64,000 nucleotides of DNA. Origin: Spirochaetia bacterium. Lineage in GTDB: Bacteria > Spirochaetota > Spirochaetia > SZUA-6 > Bin103. The position numbers and the translations under genes were made by a program. The stretch is taken from assembly GCA_965208575.1 (NCBI GenBank), contig CBDBOV010000001.1:416001-480000 (forward strand), given 5' to 3'. Under the pieces are notes generated by a model, which was not told the DNA's origin, searched no databases, and saw only the letters and a program-made list of their open reading frames with translations. Positions 1-9,665 of this stretch are shown piece by piece (the stretch's first letter is position 1; every line of letters begins with the position of its first letter).

Positions 1-1
1 G

Positions 2-961
2 GTGACCGAGCATCCGCTCGGCACGGTCGGCGCCATCATTACCCTGGTGCTGCTGGTGACCGGCATCTTCGCCGACTACATCGCTCCTTTCGGCATGAAC
101 GAGACCGCCATGCAGTACCGCCTGGCCCTGCCCAACGAGCGCTACCTGCTCGGCGCCGACGAGCTCGGCCGCGACCTGTTGACCCGCATCATCTACGGCG
201 CGCGGATCTCGCTGATCGTGGGCCTCGGCGCCACCATCCTGTCCACCGCCATCTCGCTGCTGATCGGCATGGTGTCCGGATACCTGGGCGGACCGGTCGA
301 CACCCTGACCCAGCGCTTCGTCGACGCCTGGATGAGCATTCCCTCGCTCATCATCCTGATGGTGATGGTGACCATCATCACGCCGGGCATCTTCTCCATC
401 ATCGTGGTGCTGGGCATCACGACGGGAATAGAGGGATCGCGCATCATCCGCAGCGCGGTGATCGCCGTCAAGGAAGACGCGTACGTGTCCGCGGCAGCCG
501 CGGTCGGCGGCCGCACCTCGACCATTCTGCTGCGCCACATCCTGCCCAACATCCTGGCGCCGACCATCGTCCTGTTCAGCCTGCGCGTGCCGGGCGCGAT
601 CCTGTCGGAGGCGGGCCTCAGCTTCCTGGGCTTCGGCATCCCGCCGCCATACCCGAGCTGGGGCGGGATGCTGTCCGGCGACACCCGCTGGCACATGTAC
701 GCCGCTCCGCACCTGGTCATCTGGCCGGGCGTGGCCCTGGCGGTCGTGGTGTACGGCACCAACATGTTCGGCGACGCACTGCGCGACATACTCGATCCGC
801 GCCTGCGCGGCGGTGCCGGCCGGTTCGGCGGCGGCAAGGTCAGGAAGGGCATGCGTCAGCGGGTCGCGCAATCCAACGGCGGTACGGCCGGGGGCAGCCT
901 GAACGGCGGGGAGGCGCAGGCGCCATCCACGGCAGGCACTTCCGCCCGCGAACAGCACTGA
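2..961 (+). CDS. Peptide/nickel ABC transporter permease (DppC/OppC-type); 5' end probably outside the window
   Basis: LGADELGRDLLTRIIYGARISL motif, EAA-loop region (EDAYVSAAAAVGG), HILPNI, LSFLGFG, NMFGDALRDILDPR. Confidence 0.93.
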   Translation: MTEHPLGTVGAIITLVLLVTGIFADYIAPFGMNETAMQYRLALPNERYLLGADELGRDLLTRIIYGARISLIVGLGATILSTAISLLIGMVSGYLGGPVDTLTQRFVDAWMSIPSLIILMVMVTIITPGIFSIIVVLGITTGIEGSRIIRSAVIAVKEDAYVSAAAAVGGRTSTILLRHILPNILAPTIVLFSLRVPGAILSEAGLSFLGFGIPPPYPSWGGMLSGDTRWHMYAAPHLVIWPGVALAVVVYGTNMFGDALRDILDPRLRGGAGRFGGGKVRKGMRQRVAQSNGGTAGGSLNGGEAQAPSTAGTSAREQH

Positions 962-1047
962 GCCCCATAACAGTTGATCATTGGACCGATTATGCGCAGA
1001 TTATGAGGCGCAACCAATTCGCACACAAAAGCTTTATAGGAGGAAAC

Positions 1048-2772
1048 ATGAGAAAGCTTTTTGTATTCGCTCTCGTCGCCATGCTGGCGGCGGCGGGCCT
1101 CGGATTCGCCGGTGGCGAGGAAGAGACGTCGGCCGCGGCCGCGATGTCGGACGGTGGTCCGATCTACGGCGGGACGTTTACCCTGGCGCCGCGCTGGGGC
1201 AACAAGCCGGGTTCGCCCGATCCCGCGGACGGCAACCTGGGCCGCACCTGGTACCACGAGCTGATTCAGGAGACGCCGATGATCGGCGACTTCGACACGT
1301 ACGGCCCGCGCGGCAGCGGCGACTTCGACTTCAAGCTGATCGGCGCCATCCCGATGAAGTACATCAAGGGCAACCTGATCGACAGTTGGGAAGTGGACCA
1401 GTCCAAGATCACCTGGACGGTCAAGAGTGGCATCTACTGGGCACCGACCGAGGCGCAGAGCGCCTGGATGGACGCCCGCGAGTTCACCGCCGAGGATCTG
1501 GCCGCCGACCTGCGCCACTGGGCAACCGGCCCCGAGGGCGCGCGCCTGCTGGCCAACAAGGACGCCAACATCTACGCCGAAGGCGACAGCGTGATCATCG
1601 AGTTCGCGGCGTTCGACTTCATCCTGAACGCCACGCTCGGCCTGAGCCGCGCCGGATTCGTCGGACCGCCGGAGATGCTCGAAGACGGGCGCATCGCGCG
1701 CTGGGAGGACCAGGTCGGTACCGGCCCGTTCATGTTCGCCGAGTACGTGCCCGACCAGTTCTTCCGCATGGTCAAGAACCCCAACTACCGGGGCACCACC
1801 ATGGTCGACGGCGAAGAGTACCAGCTTCCGTTCCTGGATGAGTTCATCATCCCGCTCGCCAACGACGAGTCGTTCGAGGAAGCGGCGCTGCGCACCGGCA
1901 TTGCCGACGGCGGCCCCTCGGTCTACGGCACCCACTGGGAGACGCTGGACCGCACCGCTCCCGACCTGATTCAGGACCGCCTGCCGATCTCGTTCGGCGG
2001 CACGTTCGCGTTCAACACCGAGAAGCCCCCGTTCGACAACCGCGACGTGCGCCGCGCCCTGCTGGTGGGCACCAACCTGGACGACTTCGCGGCGCAGCGC
2101 GGCGCCAAGGGCGTGGACCTGCCGGAGCACTGGTGGCCGATCTACCCGAGCCTGGCGTCCTACACCCCGCAGAGCGAGTTGCCGCCGGAGGCCGCGATGC
2201 TGTACGAGTACGACCCGGAGAAGGCGAAGCAGATGCTCGCCGACGCCGGCTACCCGGACGGATTCACGGTCAACTTCTACACCGGCAACTGGGCGACGAT
2301 CCTGCAGCAGGCATCGATCATGAAGGACCAGTGGGCCAAGATGGGGGTGGATTTCAACATCGTGGTCAACGACGCCGCGATCCACCGGCAGGCCGTCCAG
2401 GATGGCGAGTACGACATGACCCGCATGGGCTACGGCTCCGGCAACCCGGTGCGCGACATGCCCAACAACTGGGCGTCGTGGGGCAGCCGCAACGACTACC
2501 ACTTCAACGATCCGAAGTTCGACGAGCTCGCCCGCGCCATGCAGGCGGAGATGGACGAGGACAAGCGCGACGAGATCATCAAGGAAGCCGCGGTCTACAT
2601 CCTCAACGAGGTGCCCGCCATTCCGTTGGCCGTGAAGGCGATCTCGCAGGCGTGGTGGCCGTGGGTCAAGAACTACTACGGTGAGTTCCGCTGGATCAAC
2701 GACGACACCTACGTGATGCCGTGGGGCTGGGCCTGGATCGATCCCGCCATCAAGCAGGAGATGGGCTACTAA
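1048..2772 (+). CDS. ABC transporter substrate-binding protein, family 5
   Basis: AGGAGG RBS before ATG 1048; signal peptide then GGEEE; VGTGPFMF, KNPNY, PFDNRDVRRAL, YDPEKAKQMLADAGYPDGF motifs. Confidence 0.93.
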   Translation: MRKLFVFALVAMLAAAGLGFAGGEEETSAAAAMSDGGPIYGGTFTLAPRWGNKPGSPDPADGNLGRTWYHELIQETPMIGDFDTYGPRGSGDFDFKLIGAIPMKYIKGNLIDSWEVDQSKITWTVKSGIYWAPTEAQSAWMDAREFTAEDLAADLRHWATGPEGARLLANKDANIYAEGDSVIIEFAAFDFILNATLGLSRAGFVGPPEMLEDGRIARWEDQVGTGPFMFAEYVPDQFFRMVKNPNYRGTTMVDGEEYQLPFLDEFIIPLANDESFEEAALRTGIADGGPSVYGTHWETLDRTAPDLIQDRLPISFGGTFAFNTEKPPFDNRDVRRALLVGTNLDDFAAQRGAKGVDLPEHWWPIYPSLASYTPQSELPPEAAMLYEYDPEKAKQMLADAGYPDGFTVNFYTGNWATILQQASIMKDQWAKMGVDFNIVVNDAAIHRQAVQDGEYDMTRMGYGSGNPVRDMPNNWASWGSRNDYHFNDPKFDELARAMQAEMDEDKRDEIIKEAAVYILNEVPAIPLAVKAISQAWWPWVKNYYGEFRWINDDTYVMPWGWAWIDPAIKQEMGY

Positions 2773-2820
2773 GCCGCATCCATCCGACGTTTTAGCGGAT
2801 CAGCCGATCCGCGAATTGTG

Positions 2821-2863
2821 GAGGCCGGGCTTCTCTCACCTGAGAGGCCCGGCCTTCTTCTTT
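2821..2863 (+). terminator. Rho-independent terminator after the SBP gene
   Basis: Stem AGGCCGGGCTTCTCTCA / TGAGAGGCCCGGCCT followed by TTCTTCTTT; lies between convergent genes. Confidence 0.8.
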
Positions 2864-2887
2864 GTGGGCTCAGTGGGGCTCAGCTAC

Positions 2888-3586
2888 TCACGGTACGCAG
2901 GCCATGACCTGCCACGGGTCCGCGCTGGAGAGGGTGGCGGTGACCTGCACGCTGCCGTTGCGGTTGGCAAAGGCGACCGCCTCGAACACCGGCTTCAACA
3001 GTTCGATCACGTCGGCGCAGTCGCACGTCCCGCACTTCTCGGGCAGCGGAATCGGAATCTCCTCGCGCACCCGCAGCCCGAACGTCCGCTCCACCGCATC
3101 GGGAAAGTCGACGATGTCGTCGAGCGCGGCGGCCACCACGACCCGGTCGACCGGCGCGCGCGGGACCGTGACGCTCCAGTGTACCTCTCGTGTCTCCTGC
3201 AGGAGCCGTGCGTCGCCCAGGGAGGAGCACGCCCAGTGTTCGTAGCGAACGCGGGAGGCGAGCCGCAGCGCGACGCCGGCATCGAGCACGGCCGTGTCGC
3301 CGACCCAGTAGATGCGCTGCGAGCAGCGGCTGCGGAAGTAGCCCTTGCCGGCGAGATAGCGGTCCAGTTCCGCGGCGAAGTCGGCGAAGACTGCCTTCAC
3401 CGCCACGTTCACGCGCGCCGCGTTGCCGGGGTCGCTCCACATGTCGATGCTCTCGATGGTTCCGACCTGGCGCCCTTCCAGCGTGATGGCGCTGCCGTGA
3501 ATGGCGCCCGCCATCGCGAACGGTGACGCGGCGAACAGCAGGCAGCCTGCCGCCGCCAGTCGCCTGGCCCGATCGAGCCCTCTCAG
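2888..3586 (-). CDS. Hypothetical Cys-rich, probably secreted protein (likely CTG start at 3586; first ATG at 3514)
   Basis: Open frame upstream of ATG 3514 reads LRGLDRARRLAAAGCLLFAASPFAMA (signal-peptide-like); CTGA overlap with the upstream stop and GAGG 7 nt before CTG; CGTCDC motif. Confidence 0.6.
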   Translation of the reverse strand: MRGLDRARRLAAAGCLLFAASPFAMAGAIHGSAITLEGRQVGTIESIDMWSDPGNAARVNVAVKAVFADFAAELDRYLAGKGYFRSRCSQRIYWVGDTAVLDAGVALRLASRVRYEHWACSSLGDARLLQETREVHWSVTVPRAPVDRVVVAAALDDIVDFPDAVERTFGLRVREEIPIPLPEKCGTCDCADVIELLKPVFEAVAFANRNGSVQVTATLSSADPWQVMACVP

Positions 3587-4683
3587 CGCGTGTCCTCGGG
3601 GTTATCGTCGTGACGCGCCATGCGCTGCAGTTGCCACTTTACCCACAGGTCGGTTTCGCTGTCGTAGCCGTTGCTGAAGCCGTGGAACTCCACCTTGTGG
3701 TACTGGTACTCCTCGTTGAACCAGTTGGTGAGGGCGGTGGACTTGGCCGCCTCGCGCGCCTCCGGTTCGATCTCCCGCGCCGCGGCGCGCTCGCCGACCA
3801 TCGCCACGGCATAGGCGTTGGCGCCGAGCGCGAGCAGACGGCTCGGCTGGCCGACCGGCAGATCGAACACGGCGGCGAGCTCCGGCCGCATCGCGTCGCG
3901 GGGCAGCCAGCCCAGGTCGCCGCCCCTGGCGCGCAGCTTTTCGTCGGCGTTCGCGTCGCTGCGCGCCAACTCGTAGAAGTCGGCGCCGGCTTCAAGTTGT
4001 TCCAGGACCTCGGTGGATGCCTCCGGGGAGGCGAACACGATTATGTACAGGCGCACCTGCTCCACCACCGTCGGCATCCGTTCGCCGAGGTAGTCGGTCA
4101 GGCGGAGGGAGATCAGGTTGCGGCGCATCAGTTCGCGGAACTCGCCGTCGTTCAACTCCGAGTCGTTGAGCGCCTGCCGATACCACTCCTTCACCTCTTC
4201 GTCGGTGATCGAGTCGGCGGCGCCGCGGGCCGCGGTCTCGCGCATGTAGTTCTCGACGTCCTGGTCGGTAACTTCGATGCTGTAGGGAGGCTTTACCGCC
4301 GTCTGCGTGATGATCAGTTCCCGCGTCAGGAGCTGCAGCACTTCCAGCGGTTCGCGCCCCAACATGCGCGCCCGCTTCAGGAAGTAACGCATCTCGACCG
4401 ACTCGTCGTCGACGATCAGCACCTTGGTCTGCAGCGGCTTCACCCGGTCGCGATAGATGGCAACGCCGGCAACGCCGCCCACGATCACGGCCACCACCAC
4501 GACCAGTACCACCACCTGCGTCAGACCCAACGTCAGGGTCGCCGGCTGCGCGCTGTTCTGTTTGCCGCGCGGTCCCGCGCGCCGCGCCCCGCTCTTCGAT
4601 CCGCTTCGCGCTGCGCTCCGCGATACGCTTCGCGAAACGCTTTGCGTCGGGGTCTTCGCGGAGCCCTTCCTGCTGTCGTTCAC
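3583..4683 (-). CDS. Membrane-anchored parvulin-type peptidyl-prolyl isomerase (PrsA/SurA-like)
   Basis: Basic N-terminus, one TM helix, SurA_N-like region, rotamase motif GADFYELARS...GGDLGWLPR. Confidence 0.85.
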   Translation of the reverse strand: MNDSRKGSAKTPTQSVSRSVSRSAARSGSKSGARRAGPRGKQNSAQPATLTLGLTQVVVLVVVVAVIVGGVAGVAIYRDRVKPLQTKVLIVDDESVEMRYFLKRARMLGREPLEVLQLLTRELIITQTAVKPPYSIEVTDQDVENYMRETAARGAADSITDEEVKEWYRQALNDSELNDGEFRELMRRNLISLRLTDYLGERMPTVVEQVRLYIIVFASPEASTEVLEQLEAGADFYELARSDANADEKLRARGGDLGWLPRDAMRPELAAVFDLPVGQPSRLLALGANAYAVAMVGERAAAREIEPEAREAAKSTALTNWFNEEYQYHKVEFHGFSNGYDSETDLWVKWQLQRMARHDDNPEDTR

Positions 4684-4702
4684 GTTGTCCGGTCTGATGC
4701 GC

Positions 4703-5710
4703 TCAGGATGCCTCGACGAGGTGGCAAGCGGTCCAGTGGTTGGGACCGGTCGACTTCAACTCGGGCACCTGGCTCTTGCAGATCTCTTCGGCGTGCGGGC
4801 AACGGGTATGGAACGGACAGCCGCTCGGCGGGTTCATCGGACTCGGGACATCCCCCTTCAGGATGATCCGCTCGCGGGTGCGGTCGATCACCGGGTCGGG
4901 AATCGGCACCGCGGACAGCAGCGAGATGGTGTACGGATGCTGTGGCTCGTCGTACAGCCGGTCGCTGCTGGTGATCTCCATGATCTTGCCGAGGTACATC
5001 ACCGCCACCCGATCGCTGATGTTGCGCACCACCGCCAGGTCGTGGGCGATGAACAGGTAGGTGAGGTTGAACTCCTCGCGCAACCGCATCAGCAGGGTGA
5101 TGATCTGCGCCTGGATCGACACGTCGAGCGCCGACACCGGCTCGTCGCACACGATGAACGCCGGGCGCACCGCCAGCGCGCGGGCGATCCCCAGGCGCTG
5201 CCGCTGGCCGCCGCTGAACTCGTGCGGATAGCGGCCGGAGACGGTAGGCGACAGCTCCACCATGCTGAGCAGTTCGGAGACCTGCTGCCGATACTTCTTG
5301 CCGCGCGCGATGTCGTGCACCTTCAGCGGTTCGCCGACGATGTCGCCGGCGGTCATGCGCGGATCGAGGGAGGCGAACGGATCCTGGAAGATGAGCTGCA
5401 TGTGGCGCCGCATGCGGCGCAGCGACTCGCCCTTCATCTGCGTCAGGTCCTGGCCCTGAAACACCACCTCGCCGGCGGTGATCTCCTGCAGTTGCAGGAT
5501 GCAGCGGCCGGTGGTGGTCTTGCCGCAGCCGCTCTCGCCCACCAGCCCCAGGGTCTCGCCCGGTTCGATGGAAAAGCTGATCCCGTCCACCGCCTTGACG
5601 TCGCCCACCTTGCGGCGCAGCACGCCGGCGGTAACCGGGTAATACTTGACCAGGTCGTGTACTTCCAGCAGGTGTTCAGTGCCGTTGCTGCCGTTGCTGC
5701 CGTTACTCAT
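4703..5710 (-). CDS. Oligopeptide ABC transporter ATP-binding protein (OppF/DppF-type)
   Basis: [27 protein letters not shown]-terminal oligo_HPY domain (HPYT...GCPFHTRCP...ACH). Confidence 0.95.
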   Translation of the reverse strand: MSNGSNGSNGTEHLLEVHDLVKYYPVTAGVLRRKVGDVKAVDGISFSIEPGETLGLVGESGCGKTTTGRCILQLQEITAGEVVFQGQDLTQMKGESLRRMRRHMQLIFQDPFASLDPRMTAGDIVGEPLKVHDIARGKKYRQQVSELLSMVELSPTVSGRYPHEFSGGQRQRLGIARALAVRPAFIVCDEPVSALDVSIQAQIITLLMRLREEFNLTYLFIAHDLAVVRNISDRVAVMYLGKIMEITSSDRLYDEPQHPYTISLLSAVPIPDPVIDRTRERIILKGDVPSPMNPPSGCPFHTRCPHAEEICKSQVPELKSTGPNHWTACHLVEAS

Positions 5711-6735
5711 ACTGTTACCTTCTCCAGCTTGCTTGGATCATAGAAACAACTCCGCAAATGGCCTTCGGTTACCGCCTCCAACTGCGGCGCCTCCTGGTGG
5801 CACTGGTCCATGGCATAGGAGCAGCGCGGCGAGAAGGAGCAGCCTTCCGGCAGGTGCGCCAGGTTGGGCGGCAGCCCCTCGATGGCGCGCGGCGCCACCT
5901 TGCGCGGGCTGTCGAGCCGCGGCACCGACGCCATCAGGCCGATGGTGTAGGGATGCTTGGGTTCGGCGAAAATGATGTCGGTGGTGCTCGATTCCACCAT
6001 CTTTCCGGCGTACATCACGTTCACGCGGTCTACGTAGCGCGCCACCAGCCCCAGGTTGTGGGTGATGATGATGCCGGCCATGTCGAGCTGCTCGCGCAGG
6101 TCGGCGATGATCTCCAGGAGCTGCGCCTGCACCGTCACGTCCAGCGACGTGGTGGGCTCGTCCGCGATCAGCAGCTCGGGACTGCAGCTCAGCGCCATGG
6201 CGATCATTACGCGCTGCTGCATGCCGCCCGAGAACTGGAACGGGTAGTCCTTGATGCGCCGCTCCGGGTCGGGAATGCCGACCAGTTCCAGCAGCTTGAC
6301 GCTCTCGGCGAGCGCGGTGGCCTTGTCGGCGTTGCGGTGCAGCTCGATCGATTCCGAGATCTGCCGCCCGACGGTCAGCACCGGGTTGAGCGACGTGGTG
6401 GGTTCCTGGAACACCATGGCGATGCGATTGCCGCGAATGTCGCGCATCCGCGCCTCGTCGACCTTCAGCAGGTCTTCACCCTGGAACAGGATCTGACCGC
6501 CGACGATCAGGCCGGGCGGATGCGGGATGAGGCGCAGCACCGACATGGCGCTGACACTCTTGCCGCAGCCGCTTTCCCCTACCAGACCGACAAATTCGCC
6601 CTTCCGCACCCGGTAGGAGAGGCCGTCAACCGCCTTGACGACGCCCTCGTCGGTGTAGAAGTAGGTCTGGAGCCCGTTTACCTCAAGAACCGTCTCGCGT
6701 TCGGCGTGACTATCCGTGGTTTCCGATGCACTCAA
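5707..6735 (-). CDS. Oligopeptide ABC transporter ATP-binding protein (OppD/DppD-type)
   Basis: [30 protein letters not shown]; TTG start at 6735 with GAGG upstream. Confidence 0.95.
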   Translation of the reverse strand: MSASETTDSHAERETVLEVNGLQTYFYTDEGVVKAVDGLSYRVRKGEFVGLVGESGCGKSVSAMSVLRLIPHPPGLIVGGQILFQGEDLLKVDEARMRDIRGNRIAMVFQEPTTSLNPVLTVGRQISESIELHRNADKATALAESVKLLELVGIPDPERRIKDYPFQFSGGMQQRVMIAMALSCSPELLIADEPTTSLDVTVQAQLLEIIADLREQLDMAGIIITHNLGLVARYVDRVNVMYAGKMVESSTTDIIFAEPKHPYTIGLMASVPRLDSPRKVAPRAIEGLPPNLAHLPEGCSFSPRCSYAMDQCHQEAPQLEAVTEGHLRSCFYDPSKLEKVTV

Positions 6736-6839
6736 AGCTGTACCTCTTCGCCACATTGGTGGCGCACCGCACTATAAGAACAGAGTTTGCCCACTAAGTC
6801 AACCTCGCGTCCGACTCGCCGATTCGCCGGCATGCTACG

Positions 6840-7415
6840 CTACGATTCGACCGGTTTCTGGTCGGGCGGAGCGTATGGTGGGTCGGTCACCAGCCGCGCC
6901 AGCACGCCGTACCAGGTATAGTCGACGGTGTAGACGTCCACGTCGGTAATCTCCTTGATGTAGTAGCTGCGCCCGTCGGGCGTGGCGTCGCCCACGATCA
7001 CCTCCACGAGCCGGCCGTCGATCAGGGTGAGGCCGAGCGTCATCTGCGGCTCGGCAAGGCCGAACAGCTCCATTTGCTCATCCGTTGCCTCCTCGGCGAT
7101 GAGCCGGTTGGCGCCGGGACCGCTGACCAGCAGCGCCACGCCGCCGCCCCAGCGTTCGCGGTTCACCGGCTGCCCCTGTTCGTCGTCGAAATACCACTGC
7201 CGATCCTCGCCGCGCTTCCAGCGCTCCTTCATGCCGGCGCGCGGCAACTGGATCTCCAGGTGGACCAGGTCCATCATGTCGAATCCCCACACGAAGGGGC
7301 GCGGTTCGGCGCGCGGCTGCGGCTGCGGCCGGGTGGCGTAGTACAGGCCGACCCCCAGGCCGCCGGCCACCACGACCAGCAGGATCAGCGAGCGCAGTTT
7401 CAACAGCCGCTGCAT
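6840..7415 (-). CDS. DUF4340-like membrane-anchored protein
   Basis: N-terminal TM, FGLAEP and VGDATPDGRSYY motifs; typical position downstream of GldG-like gene. Confidence 0.75.
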   Translation of the reverse strand: MQRLLKLRSLILLVVVAGGLGVGLYYATRPQPQPRAEPRPFVWGFDMMDLVHLEIQLPRAGMKERWKRGEDRQWYFDDEQGQPVNRERWGGGVALLVSGPGANRLIAEEATDEQMELFGLAEPQMTLGLTLIDGRLVEVIVGDATPDGRSYYIKEITDVDVYTVDYTWYGVLARLVTDPPYAPPDQKPVES

Positions 7416-7419
7416 CGGA

Positions 7420-8949
7420 TCAGCGCCGCCGCCACCACACCAGCGCGCCGACGATCAGCACCAGCAGCGGCAGCAGGCCGGCGCTGGACAGGTTGAAGAA
7501 GCGCGCTTCCTCGGGGCTCAGCACCAGCCGGCGCACCGGCAGCACCTTGCGGTCCACCGAGATGATCTCCTCGCCGAAGGCGAGCTGGTTCACCAGGGTC
7601 AGGAACAGGTCGCTGTTGCCGGCGTTGCGGAAGTGCTGGTTTGCCGCGAAGTCGGAGTCGCCGATCACGACCAGGCGCGTGGTGAGGTTCGGGTCGTCCT
7701 CGCCGGGCGGCTGGCGGACAAGCAGCACGCCCATCGCCAGCGGCCCCTGCAGATCCTCGTCGGGATCGAACTGCGGCTCGTCGTCGCTGAGCGGTTGCAT
7801 CTCCTGCCACCCGTCCGGCGTGGTCCACGCGAGGGGCACGATCTGGATCTCGTCCGGCTGGTCGGGCAGCGGCAGGACCGCGGTCACGCCCGGGAAGTAG
7901 AGGTCGGCCAGTTGCAGGTTGTTGCGGTTGCGCGCCACCAGCGGGTTGTCCACGTTGGGCACCACGTGCGAGGCGGGGTCGACCAGCGTGCCGTCGCGCA
8001 CCTCCAGCCACCACGTGCGCAGCAACTCGCGCAGCTCCTCCTGCGGGTCGGGATTCAGCAGCAGCAGCATGCGCCCGCCCTGCTGCAGGTACTCGTCCAG
8101 GATCTCCAGTTCCTTGGCGGAAATCGGCTGCTGCGGGCCGGCCACCACCAGGGCGGCGGCGTTTTCCGGTATGCTGCCGAAGCGCAGCAGGTCGAGCTGC
8201 GCCACCTGGAACAGGTTGTCGCGCAGGCCGCTGCGCGCACTGTCGTAGTCGCCGGAGATGGTGGCCTCGCCGTGGCCGGTGAGGAAGTAGACGATGCGCT
8301 GCCTGGTACCGGTCACCTCCAGGAGCGCGCTGGTGAAGGCGTGCTCGGCCTCGAAGCCGATCTGCGGGCCGAACACCTGGCGCTGGCCGGCGCTGCCCAC
8401 GAACACCATGGTGCCGAGGCTGGCGGCCGCCGGGCCGATGCGGTACTGGCGCGCCAGGTCGGGGCGCAGCTCCGGGTCCTCGACGCGCAGCGTCAGCAAG
8501 TCGGTGTAGGTCTGGTACTCGGTCAGCAGGTTGTGGCCGAAGTCGCGCAGCCCGATCAGGCGCGGATCGGCGGGGTTGAAGAACGACACCACCTCGACCG
8601 GCTCTTCCAGCTCTTCGAGCACCTCCTTGGTCTGGGTGGTGAGGGTGAATTGCGACAGGCCGGTAAAGTCGAAGCGGTAGTTCACGCGCACGCTGATTGC
8701 GTTGGCCATCAGCACGATGCCGAGTACCAGTGCCATGCCGGCGCCGGCGCCGACGCCGAACAGCCCGCGCCGGCTGGCAAACGCCCCGCTCACGCGGCGG
8801 AAGTCGAGCACCACCGCGGCCGCCACCAGCGCGGCGCCGAGGCCCACGACGATGTAGGTGACGACGCGGATCGACGGCATCACGAAGCCGAGCACCCACG
8901 CCACGAACAGGGTAGCCAGACCGATAATCGCCAGAACGGAACTGGACAT
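7420..8949 (-). CDS. GldG-like ABC transport auxiliary component
   Basis: RFDFTGLSQFTLTTQT, YFLTGHGE, LVVAGPQQP, RLVVIGDSDF, C-terminal TM ending WWRRR; TGATG overlap with upstream gene. Confidence 0.88.
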   Translation of the reverse strand: MSSSVLAIIGLATLFVAWVLGFVMPSIRVVTYIVVGLGAALVAAAVVLDFRRVSGAFASRRGLFGVGAGAGMALVLGIVLMANAISVRVNYRFDFTGLSQFTLTTQTKEVLEELEEPVEVVSFFNPADPRLIGLRDFGHNLLTEYQTYTDLLTLRVEDPELRPDLARQYRIGPAAASLGTMVFVGSAGQRQVFGPQIGFEAEHAFTSALLEVTGTRQRIVYFLTGHGEATISGDYDSARSGLRDNLFQVAQLDLLRFGSIPENAAALVVAGPQQPISAKELEILDEYLQQGGRMLLLLNPDPQEELRELLRTWWLEVRDGTLVDPASHVVPNVDNPLVARNRNNLQLADLYFPGVTAVLPLPDQPDEIQIVPLAWTTPDGWQEMQPLSDDEPQFDPDEDLQGPLAMGVLLVRQPPGEDDPNLTTRLVVIGDSDFAANQHFRNAGNSDLFLTLVNQLAFGEEIISVDRKVLPVRRLVLSPEEARFFNLSSAGLLPLLVLIVGALVWWRRR

Positions 8950-9665
8950 CAGCGCCACCTCCCCACTTCGATGGAACGCACCGAAAGGTACAGGAACAGC
9001 AGGGCGAAGGTCACGTAGTACACGACGCCGCGGGTGTCCACGATGCCGCGTTCGAAGTCGGCGAAGTAGGTGGACAGCGAGAACAGGGCCAGCACGTCAC
9101 CGATCGCGCCCGGCGCGACGCCGCCCAGGACGCCGAGGAACCACAGCCCGAACAGGATGCCGCCGGCCACCACCGCCGACACGATCTGGTTGGCTGTGAT
9201 CGACGAGGCGAACACGCCGGCGGCAAGGCAGGCGCCGCCGAGCAGGAACAGCCCCAGGTAGCTGGTCGCCATCGGCCCGATGTCCGGGTCGCCGAACGAC
9301 ATCAGCACGATCGGGTAGTAGAAGGTGAGCACCAGCATACCGGTGAGCATGGCCAGGGCGCCCAGGAATTTGCCGACCACGATCTCGACGTCGCGCACCG
9401 GAACGGTGAGCAGAAGCTCCCAGGTGCCGACCTTCTTTTCCTCCGACACCAGCCGCATGGTCAGCACGGCCGCGAACAGCAGCACCAGGAAGCGGGCGGC
9501 GTTCACGAAGCCGCGGATGCTGGTGTCCGCGTAGCCGACGCCGGCCAGGTAGGTGGTGAAGAAGGTGCCGGTCAGCGCCAGGAACACCGCCGTCACGATG
9601 TATGCCATCGGCGAGCCCAGGTAGGTGCCCAGTTCCTTGCGCGCTACGATCAGTATGTTCTTCAT
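8949..9665 (-). CDS. GldF-like ABC-2 permease
   Basis: ARKELGTYLGSPMAY, TMRLVSEEKKVGTWELLLTVP, GKFLG, FERGIVD motifs; 6 TM. Confidence 0.9.
   Translation of the reverse strand: MKNILIVARKELGTYLGSPMAYIVTAVFLALTGTFFTTYLAGVGYADTSIRGFVNAARFLVLLFAAVLTMRLVSEEKKVGTWELLLTVPVRDVEIVVGKFLGALAMLTGMLVLTFYYPIVLMSFGDPDIGPMATSYLGLFLLGGACLAAGVFASSITANQIVSAVVAGGILFGLWFLGVLGGVAPGAIGDVLALFSLSTYFADFERGIVDTRGVVYYVTFALLFLYLSVRSIEVGRWR

Noticed and set aside
988-1005. GATTATG direct repeat (11-bp period) upstream of the first SBP
   Set aside because: Only two 7-bp copies; could be a regulator site but too weak to support
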